Assembly (NCBI RefSeq): GCF_036321535.1
Contig: NC_087441.1
Location: 6,944,001 to 7,008,000, forward strand
DNA length: 64,000 nt
Source: Camelus dromedarius
Lineage: Eukaryota
Direction: 5' to 3'
Shown here: one piece after another, positions 14,301 to 25,300 of the stretch
Position numbering within the stretch: the first letter of the stretch is position 1
How the letters are laid out: each line of letters starts with the position of its first letter
The notes under the pieces: generated by a model
The model's database searches: none
Told to the model about the DNA's origin: nothing
The model's input: only the letters and a program-made list of their open reading frames with translations
Made by a program: the position numbers and the translations under genes

Positions 14301-17300
14301 CGGCACCTGTGACCACGTGACAAGGATCCAGGCCTTACCTATGACATCCAGCTTCTGTGTGTGAACAAGGCCCAAGACCTGGACCTCACCCGAGGGGCTC
14401 TTTCTGCAAACACTGGCTCTGTCAGCGCAGTCGAGGGGCCCCTTATAGATCTTCTGACACAAGTTGATGAAGTAGCTGTGGAAGGACACAGACAGAGCGA
14501 TGGTCAGTGTCCGTCCCGACACACACGGGGCAGCTCTACCCACCCCTCCGGAAGAAGTCATCGTTCCAACAGCCACAGACTCCGTCACACCTTTGGACAC
14601 AGCACTGTAACAGATCTCCTGAGAAACAAAGGCCCAAGAGGGGCTACTGCAGAAGAAGGGAGCGTGTGTGCCCCCCGGGCACACGGGGGGGACCCTGAGT
14701 GTGGTGGCTTTAGAAGAAGGAGGGCTTTCGAGTCAGGACAGGCAGCAGCTCAAACCCTGGCGAGTTGTTACCTGACTCGAGGTTACCGAGGTCCTCCAGG
14801 GCCACGCTGCCCTCTGAGGGGAGGACGGAAGGACCTCAGAGCCCCCGGCCGAGGGCCCTACGCACAGAGCCGTCAGTGTAACTGACCAACCTCGGGCCAG
14901 CGCGGCCAAAGGAGTTTGTGCGGCAGCGCTAAGAAAGTCAACACGCCTCCCACACGCCCAGCCCCGGACAGCCGCCCTCACAGATGCAGACCCAATCGAC
15001 ACTAATTCATCAGGCCGACGGCCGATCAGCCGCTTCCTCTGCTTCCAAACCACCTGCTGGACGCCAGGCCTGAGACTCGTGGCCGCCCCACCTTCAGAGC
15101 CTGAGCTGAAGCAGCTGCCCCGTCAGGAACGGCACGCTCCTGCCTCCCGAGAGTGGGGCGAGGCGGGCGGGGGCAGGTACTCACGAGGCCCTGTCGTGGA
15201 CGAAGAACCAGGACCCGGTGAGGGAGGACAGGAGCCGCAGGTCATAGGTTTTGTGCTTCTGCACAAACTTGCACTCCATCTTCTTCGGGGGGCAGACAAC
15301 TTTTGTTCTCCACTCGAACGTCACCTCACACCCTCGAACTTCACTGAAAACTTGTGGCCTCCCCACATCAGCATCCTCGTCACACTTGAAGATGATGGCC
15401 GACGTCCGGTGGCTGTTTGCTGGGGACACAGGAGAAGTGTCAGACCGCAGCCTGTCTCCCCCCTGCTGCGCTAGCACCTAGGGGTTCTGTCCATTCCCAG
15501 CCGCTCCCCACGCTGCGCTGGCCACCTCTTGTTTTGTTCCTTTCACGTGTATCTTAAGCCTAAATAGACCTGGTTCCCCCAGTTCTTAATTCTGCAACAC
15601 CAGCACAACTCCTTGTAGACGGGCGTTCAGTATTTGATTAATACAGGAATGACAGCAAAAAATAAACAGTAATGATAAGATACCCATAATTACCTAAACC
15701 TGGGAGCACCACCCAACTGCCCAGGAGAAAGGTCCTGTCACGAAAAGCCTCAGGCCAAGACTGCAGCAGCCCCTTGTAAGTCAGCATTTCTCAGTCCTTA
15801 CTGCTAGCTGCGTTCCCCGGTTACTTACAAGAACTAAGCACGTTCTCCTGCATTCATCCCACCACCCTCCTGGAAACTCACATTGGTCTGTGTCACACAC
15901 GCAGCAGCGGCAAGGGCGCTACATCCGGGCCACTGTGACCCCCAAGCCCAGGCCCCCCGCAGAGCAGCCGGTCACCACACTCCTGATTACTCCCTGGACA
16001 CCCCGCAGACCCGTGACAGCGGCAGCTCTGCTCAGCGTGAGTGTGAATCACCAGTGCCGAGAACGGGTGTGGACCGAAGTCCTGCGAGCTGGGGAGTGAG
16101 CCGCGCTGACCACCCCACACCTGCTTTAGCCCCCGGCCCTGCCGAGGTCTACGTTCAAGGTAACGCAGCACAACCCACAGAGAGCTTAAAAACAGCCTTT
16201 CTTGCAGGGAGGGTATAGCTCAGTGGTAGAGCATATGCTTACCATGCACGAGGTCCTGAGTTCATTCCCCAGTACCTCCATTAAAAAAATAAATCTAATT
16301 ACCCCCCTCCAAAAAACCGCCTTTCATTATGGAAGACAGCCCTGACGAGAAAAGATTATGTGCAGCAGAGTCGCTGCCATGAATCTGGACACTGGCAGAG
16401 GTCTGAGCACGATGCGGGCCTCTGGGATGCGGGCGCTCCACTCACAGTGTCTGCAAAACCCCCACTCATGGTCTCGGTCATAGTTGGCGGTCGTCGCGCA
16501 CCAGAGCCGGGCCCTGCCCTCCAGGACACACTCATCGTAGCTCTTCTCATTGAACAGGAAGGGGAACACACACGGCTCACCGTCTTCAGTTTCTGGAAAA
16601 AAGAAGAAATCTACATGACCCCGACTGCCATCATGACACTGGCTGTGCCCGGCCAGATGCGATCCCCTAGGACAAGGACCCCCGTGGAAGCGATCACCCT
16701 GGACCAGCAGGGGGACAGCCAGGCCTCCCAGTCACCACGTGAGTGCTGGCACCCAGGGCTGTTAGTACAAGTAGTCTGAGGTCCAGTCCAGGGTCCCAGG
16801 GCTCACAGCATCTGGGGTGTCACCCCTCAGTTCACTCCTGCCACCTGATCTCATTTCGTGTTTATTAGGAAAAGGAAATTCAACCGCTGCAAAGATTTAC
16901 CTGGAGGGCAATTATCTCCATTGGCATAACTTAAAATGACGGCTTCGTCCTGGTGCCTGTAATCCAGTCTCATTGATGCCAGCCGCCCAAAAGATGTCCC
17001 CTTGCTCCCTGAAAGCAGACAGACGCCTCCATCCTTACAGCCACCTTGATCCAGGCCTGCGGCCGCAGTACACACCCCCACGCTGTAGGTGCGCGAGTCT
17101 TGGGTCACCTGGAGAGACATCACCATACGTGGCTGTGACTGGGTCTCGGGGAGAGGGCCGGCACCGCAGAGGGGAGGCTAGGGCAGGAGAGTGGGGCTGT
17201 GTCCGCGGGCTGGGCATGGGCTCCTTGGAGTTCACCCTCCTTCTCCCTGGCCCTGACCTCCCCCCACCCTCAGGCGGCAGCTGTGCTCCCGCAGGCCCAA

Positions 17301-19285
17301 GGTGGGGAGCCAGCTATGAGATCTCAGGCTGCTCTCCCCACTCCCGAAGCCCAGGTCTCCCACCTGTAACCAGAGAGTGCTGTGGACTCAGTGCCCGAGC
17401 AGAGTGGCCACAACCTAACTACACGTGTACCTCCCCAGCCCCCCTCCCTCTGTAGGCTCCATCTGCGGCACACCTGTGGGGAGCGCCTGCACCCCAACAA
17501 GATCTCCATTACTGGGGCCAGGCCACCGGAACCTGGGCACACAATTCAGAGCTCACTGCTCACCGGCCTCCCTGCAAAGTGCTAAGATCTCATGGCCTGG
17601 CTCCACAGCTGTACGACTCAGTAACATCTATGTCACAGGCCTAAAGGTTCCCCAACCACTGGCAACCCGAGATGTCCACAGCCCCATCAACATAGCACAC
17701 AGTCCACGACATGAGGCTGGGAGAAACAGCCATCCCCCAGCACACACCCCAGTGGGTCTCAAGTCAGGAAACCTCGCAGCTCCTGCCACCGTCTCCCCTT
17801 GGTCAGCAGAAGCCCGGCTGGAGACAAGGAGGGACCCACGTGGGCCTTACTGCATCCCTGATCACAGACCCTGGCGAGCGGCGTTACCTTGAAGGTGCTC
17901 TTGGAGAGGCTGGACAGGTTAAAGCTGTAGTGCAGCTGCTCGTCCGTCAGGGAGCAGCCCTCCGTTTTCACCTCATCAGGACAGACCAGCGGGGTCTCCC
18001 ACTCGAACACAAAGTCACAGTCACTGGTCCTCAGCAGCTTCGGAGTCCCCTGTTTTAAGGAAGAGCATGGGATGGAAACCCACATTTCAGCACAGCATCC
18101 TCGCACTGCTCTCTCCTCCCCGGGCAAGGGCCAGAGACACCTGCCCGGGCCTGTGGGCTCCAGCGCTGCTCCCAGACCGCCCAGTTCTCAGGTGACCCCC
18201 AGTGGCCTCTCTCCAAGAGGAGGGCGCGATTGTCATCACCAGCGGCAAGGAAGCAGCACTGCCCTCCCACCCCGACACCCTGCCACCGCCAGCCGTGGGC
18301 CTGCGCTTAAAGACAGAGTCTCAGTGCTCGATGCTACCAGCCCAAAGGAAGAAAGGGAGGGGTCCTTAACGTCATGACAGAGAAGCATATGAAACTGAGG
18401 ACTCCCGACGCAAAGTGGGGAGGCCAGGGCTCTGATGTGCTCGCGAGGGGCGTCTCCACTCCACCTTCCCTGGAAACTGAGGATGTTCACAAGTGTGAGA
18501 CACGACATGGTCCAACATTCCACAGGCCAAGTATTATAAATAAATAGAAGTCAACATATTTACGCCCTCCCTTCCCTCGTTCAGCAACCGCCGCAAAAAC
18601 AGATGAGGACTTTCATTTTTAGTTGTTGTCAAGAGTTTGTTTTTCTATAAACTTACGTGGAGAAAGTATTTCCACTGAAGATAAAAAACACAGGGGAAGA
18701 AAATCTCTTTAAAATCTTTCCCAACTTGAATGCACACGTGGCCTTGTCTCTAACACCTCATAAACCCTGACTGATCATGCTCCGCAGGCTGCTCAGAGAA
18801 TCAGCGAAAGTCCAACGGCGCCTGGAGACGCGCGTGCAGACATGGCCAAGTCAACATGCAGGCTCACAGAGAGATAAGGGAGACTGATCGCAGCTCCTCT
18901 TGTCTTGATCACTCGGGGTTATCCTCGTGCCCAGCACTCTGTGAGCAGGGACCCGTCCACTGCTTCGGGGTGCTGTGGGGCTCTACGTGCAGAGGCCCCA
19001 GGCAGCAATGGTCTGTGTGTGCCCACTTCTCTCAATTACTGTCCTGTCCCTCATTGTTAGGCTGCTGCCGGGCCACTTCCTGCCACCGTCCACAGACCCT
19101 TCTCCAGCAGCCACAGCTCCCCTTCCCTCACAAACCTGCCACAGGAATCAGAAAGTCACCTTACTGAAATCATGAGACAGGTTACAGAACCATGACCTTT
19201 ACCTGTCCTCCTAGGGCCAGATGAGCCTTAGAATTAACTTATCACCTGCAGAGTTTTAAGAGGCAATTCAGGATATATATATATT

Positions 19286-19333
<48 letters not shown>

Positions 19334-22300
19334 AGTCCTGTAATCAAACACAGTAATATTTCTATAGCAAAATGTATGAATATTCATACTAAGTGAGACA
19401 CATAAAGAGCCAAGTAGCCTCAGTCCATCCACGTCAAAGACTGGGTGTCCGGAGCTTTAAGGATTTCAGAAGCACAGGAGAGGGAGGGGCTGCGGGCAGG
19501 GCAGCCCAGGGCAGAGCTCTGCACCTGAGCAGCAGGCAGGGCTGTGTGCCGTCAGGCAGCCCTTCTGAGTCAATGTAAACTCTACCAATTCATCTCCTAT
19601 TCTAATGGGAAGTCAAAAGAGAACTTACACAAAGCTATTTATAACAACACAGTACCCTTTTTAATGGGAGCCAATGCTGTTTGGTAAATGCATGTAAAAG
19701 ATGTCAATGGCCTCCTTAAAAGTAGAAAGTACAGATTAGTTGTAGCTATTCTGACTCCAGAGGTCTTCTTTCATCTGCTAATTTCTGAATTCTGGGTTAT
19801 GTCCCGAGTGATCATAGCTGCCGAAACAGCTGTCTGACTTCCCAGTAAGGCTAACATCAGTAACGTCGTGATTCAAAAAAGGGAAAAGACAGCCGACACT
19901 TCTGTGTATTGGTAGGCAGAGGCGAATGCCACGTCTGTGCTCAACTGTTTAAAAATTCACATTTTTAAATTATAGCAAGCCTCTGTGTAAAATCTGCCCT
20001 GGTAACTCAGGGTGGACTGACTTATTATTAAGTTAATGGTTTTAAATTACTCGATGCACCACTGATACACCGTATGATGCAAGACTGGCATTTTGAATAC
20101 GGGCATCCTTAGATCTGAATCAGGCGTTTCGGGTTCCCGGCTCCCACAGTGAACAGGCGCTCACTTACCATGCTCACGCCTCTCTTACAGTGAAACGCGA
20201 TCAGAGAGGTGTAGTTGAAATGCCTGTCCGCCAAGCAAGGAGTACTGCTTTCAAAGTTCAAGTAAACCTCATTAGCTATGGGGTTGAGTATTGGAGGTCC
20301 TGTGACTCGGCCAATATCCTAAACGAAGAAAAAAAGCAAACATTTCAGGAAATTAGTTGTTCCCCAGGTTAGGGGATTAAAGGCTAATAAAAAATTGTAA
20401 AAATTATGTTACTGGTTTTGCAGAATTGTAGCATCTAAAGAAACTGGGTTAAGAGCAGCACCTTTGACAAATCCTGACAACACAGTGAACCAAAGAAACT
20501 TCAGTTTGCCCGTGGTTATCAGTTTTAAGCCTACATCAGTAACAACAGTTCTGTTTCTACTCATGGCAGATTTTGGAAGATTCTAGGGAACAGGGATCCC
20601 TCTCTCGGGTCACATCAGAAATGCTGCACCGACTCCTGACGGTGGGAGGCAGGAGCCCACGTAGCTGCCCTGACACTGTCCTGTCTCCCTGCTGCCCAGC
20701 ACTGCACAGGGACTGCTGTTTCCCCGGCCAGTGACCCAGTGCATCCTCGGGACACACACACTCATTCACCCCTCACCACCTTCTGTGGCTTTGCACAGCA
20801 TCTGCACACCCAGGCTGCTCAGAGAGCATCTGAGAGCAAATAAACATGAATGGAAGAAAGCTGACTGGCCAGAAACAGTGTGTGTGATGAGTGTGAGTGT
20901 GTGTGTGAGTGTGTGTGTGTGTGTGTGAGTGTGTGTGTGTGAAGCCACAAGGCATGGTTCGTTCACAGCTGTGGGGCATGTTCGGACCACAATGACACAA
21001 CATCCTCTTCAGTTAGAGAACTTACTGCTTTTTTTTTTAATCTGCAAAAAGGGAGCCAGGCAGGAAAACACAGCAGACTGGACCTCTCAGAAAGTGAGTC
21101 ACAGCATGCCTCCCACCTGCGCTGTTAGCAGGGGTGACGCCACAGCGCTTCCCGCCAACCCCCGGGCTCTCTGGACCCCGCGTTTGTCATGCAGCTAAGC
21201 CTTTGTCAAATTCCCATCATGACCAGCTTCCCCACCCACTCCCAGCGTTTCTCCCACCAGCGCCACAGACAATGCCTTTTAAAGGACACCTACGTATCTC
21301 GTGACAAGACTCACCGTTTAAAGAACACAGACAGAAATAGACCACTTTTGAGATGCATTTCAAATAAAACACACCAAGCGTTTCACAAAATGTGACTATG
21401 ACTCATGAAGACAATTTTTAAAGATCCCAATCTACACTGAAAAATGCGCTTATGAAACCAAGATTGTCAAGGCAGAGTCTGCAGCTGTCAGCGAACCAGC
21501 TGGTGCCCTGCACTATGACTCATTTGCCGAAGAACATGCTTGCGTTTTCCAAGTGTTTTAATGGCCCAAGACCTGCATTTAAACAAAGAAACCAAGCCTC
21601 GTCAATGTCCCTGGGGCTTCTAACACCACACACAAAAGAGTGTCTACATGTGTGTTCACATGTGTTTCCAACTCAAAGGCCTTCTGCTACCAAATCCTGA
21701 CACTGACCCTCCCCCCGCGGGACCCAGACACGGAGCCCCAGCTCAGTTCCCCATTCCGTCTGCCCAAGTCAGCCTCCACTTGCAGAACCGCCTCTGCCCT
21801 GGGACCCCCACACTCACTATGGGGGCGCCGTCGACAGGCACTTTGCACACAGCGGCTCCGGCAGGGCAGGGCACGCCGTGCATGGGGTTCAGCGGCTGGC
21901 AGATGTTGATGTAGAAATCAGGGCTGGCGTCGGAGTACTCGTCCTCACTCTCGTCATAGGCCTCGTACCCACCAGTGCGGTGGATGAGGGGCGACAGGTC
22001 GATGATGGAGCTGCCGTTCTTCACAGAGCACTCCGTCTGTCAAAGAGGAAACACACCTCGCTGGCGTGCACAGCAGAATGTCCTCGCCACCATGAAGTCA
22101 CCCCCGAGAATTTAAGCCAAACCAAAAAAAGCACGCAGAGCAGATCGGTGCCCCCTACTGCTTCGTGACATCAACATCAGGGACCTTGAACCCATTATCT
22201 CGGGCTCAGGAGGGGATGAGGCAGGCCGGGGGGGCATGTGACTCATAGGAGAACTGGAGAGGGAGACTGGCACAGCTGGGCACTCATCAGAGGCCACACG

Positions 22301-25300
22301 GGCCCAGACTCACCGGCTGCTCACAGGCCAGAGGCGTGTGCCAGGAGAAGAAGAGGGTGCACGTCTGCTTGTCCAGGGAGATGAGCACCGGCCGGTTGGT
22401 GGGCCCGGTCTCGGGGCGGCACACGAAGCTGATGACGCTCTTGTAGCTCAGGCCGGTTTTGGAGGGACACGGGGACCCGTCCTCGTACACCAGCTGTAAG
22501 ACCTGGTCCACGTAGGCCAGCCTCTTGCTGGCCTTGCCCACACTGATCCTGGTCTGCCCAAAGCAGGCCCCTGTCCCAGACGCAAAAAGGGGAGAGAAAA
22601 ACACACAATGAGGGTCTCGAACGTCTCATTTTCTGATGAGAACTTTCGGCAAATCCAGACTTTGACATTCAGAGCTGTTGCTTGTAATTTTGAGCGTCCT
22701 ATGTGGTTTTAGCAGATGTTACACATCTTGTATTTCATCACATGGCCCGAAATACCCCCCACTAGCCGCCTGCTGCAGGTGAAGGCGTCTCAACTTCTCT
22801 TCGCTAGAGGAGTGCGGAGGGCAGGCCGACCCTGGGGACGGGGGACAGGAGGGCCGCGCGACAGGCAGGCGGGCGGGCGCACTCACCCACGCCGGGGGCG
22901 CAGTTCTCGTTCTCCCCGCACACGCTGATGTAGACCAGCCCCTTCTCGCTGTAAGCAGCGGTGTATCCACCTCTGCCGCTCAGAGAGCTCAAGTCAAACA
23001 GGTGTCCTGCAGGGGCAACGGGACAGATGGGGATGCTTGGAGGCCCATCACCGTGGATCCCACCAGCCATCCAGCCTCCTGACTTCTCACCACGAGTCAC
23101 TGCCCACTTCACTGACACGGCCATAAAGCCCTTCCCTACTAGCTAGGAAGTACCACAAGGCCGTCAGTTCCCAAATTTATGAAATGGCCTGTCTTTCCCC
23201 GGGAGACAGGGGCTTACGGCACCCTCCTCCTCCTGGGGCAGGGCCACAGTGGTCACCAGGACTCTGGTGAGGTCGGGAGGGCCCTACTCCTCCCACAGCC
23301 AATGAACCTGCACCTTTCCAGTCCCCAGCACAGAGACTCGGTGGAGGCCTCCTGGTGGCCCCTTGTTAACTCTGAAAGGTAACAGGAGATGGCCTAGAGC
23401 TCGTGACCGGCACCCCAAAAACAGGAGTTACAGGGAGACTGGCTTTCAGGGAGAGGATCAGTCTCTTCTCCACTGAAGGAGAACTCGAGTCAACAGCACT
23501 GGGCAGACCCAACACACACACCGACAGGACAGGATGCTGCTGCCTCGGGGTGCCGCGCTCCCCAGACTCACACTGGGCCTCTCACCATGTGCTGTGCGTG
23601 CAGTGTGACTGGCGTGTGTGTGTGGTGTGACCGGCGTGTGTGTGTGCGCGGTGTGTCCGGCGGGGTCCCTCACCCGTGGCGGGGTTGGTGACTTGGCAGT
23701 CGCCGTGCACGTTGCTCCTCACGGGACACGCGGCTGCCGTGGGCCAGGAGAAGGTGTACTCGCATTCCTCCACCGCGCTGACCAACATGGGCCTGGAGTT
23801 CTGTGAGCAGAGGACAGACGTCACCGCCGGGGCACGCGCCTGACAGACCCAACGACACCGACTTGACTCAGACAGGAGCTTCCCTGCCAAGCACCACAGT
23901 GCGTGAACGTCTCAACGTCTTTGCGGGATGAGGGCAGACTGAGGAAAATAAAAGGGTCAGGATTTGTTCCTGAGATACCACGGGGGGCTTGACACACACA
24001 GGGTGAGACGTAGGCTGAAATCCCCGGGGGGGGGGGGGCGGGAAGGTTTTCCCACAGCTAAGACAGAAGACGGGGCGGGGACAGGGTGGACAAAGGTGCT
24101 CAAAGGGCTGCTGGGAATCAGGAATGAGGAAAGAAGTGATTCTGTCCAGGAAATGAAATCTGCTATGATGGACAAAACAACAAGAGCCTCTGGAAGAGCC
24201 AGTGTGGGTTAACTAGTCTCCGCACTACACTGGTGAGGGCTGGCTCCCGACGTCTCAAACATGTTCTGTCCACACAGAGGGGGTGAGAGTCATCCAGCAG
24301 CACCCGCCCTCCCCGGTGAACCCCACGCCGGCCTGGCTCCTGGGCCACCACAGGCCCACACAGCACTGCAGCCCTGGCCCCCTCGTGAGGAGCCCTGAGC
24401 CGAGGTTTCCAGACCTCAGTGGCCCAGGAGCCTGGGCCACACCTCTGCACTATCTTCCGGGAGGAACCCTTAGCCAGCACCCCTGACAAGAGGACAGGTC
24501 GCAGGTTCCCGAGTGGCCTGCATCCCAGGCCCCTCCCACTACCGGCAAACGCCGCCGGACAGGTAGCAGTTCGACCTGACGTGGAGTGGGCTGGCCCAGC
24601 CCAACCTCACTCACATCAGCTACAACCCAAATCTCACAGAATAGCACCCGGGCTTCGCCTTCATCTCCCATGCAGAGACATTCCCGTGGTGAACAGCAGT
24701 CCGGAGAGACCATTAATTCAGCCCACACCTGCTTAACTGCACAGACCGACCCATCAGGGAAAGGAATCACCACGGAGGTGGGAACCCAGCTGCCGCGCAC
24801 TGACCACACACTCGGCGTGACGCCTGGCACTTCCCACCTCCTCTCTCTCAGCCTCATGGTGATCTGGTGAGACAGGTAGATCTCATGTCGTGAATGGGTG
24901 ACCGTTTTGCTGGTTAAGTTACTGGGTTACACAGTCAGGGATGGGCGAGCCACCTTGGGACTGGTTCTGCCCGCCCTTCTGCTTTACCCAAGTGTCCTCG
25001 AGGAAGACAGAGGGCAGGCTGCCAGACGCCAGTTTCCACTCCAGCCTTTGGGGAATCTAAGTCAAACTTCAAAGAGAATCAACTAACTCTAGAACTAAAA
25101 CCTCCAGGGCGGCCCAGGGGCCAGAGAAGGAAGGCACTCCAGGAGCACAGGGCCGAGGCCGGGCTGCTCTCACCCGCTGTCAGGCCGGGCACCCCGAGCT
25201 CCTCGACTCTCCTCCTGGGAAAGGAAGACACCAGTCCCGCCGAGCTGGGACGCGTACCGTCCCCAGAGCCGCACATCGGGGCCGAGGCCGCTGTGTCACT

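Noticed and set aside
15890-16100. Protein-like ORF ([12 protein letters not shown]...TTLLIT) with a DSG..C Ig-like hint
   Set aside because: No ATG or splice support, incomplete Ig motif, and wrong order relative to the LRR-like segments.
16207-16280. tRNA-like sequences (also 26020, 29970, 40140, 56370)
   Set aside because: These are SINE heads with A/B boxes, SINE tails and TSDs. They lack a complete cloverleaf.
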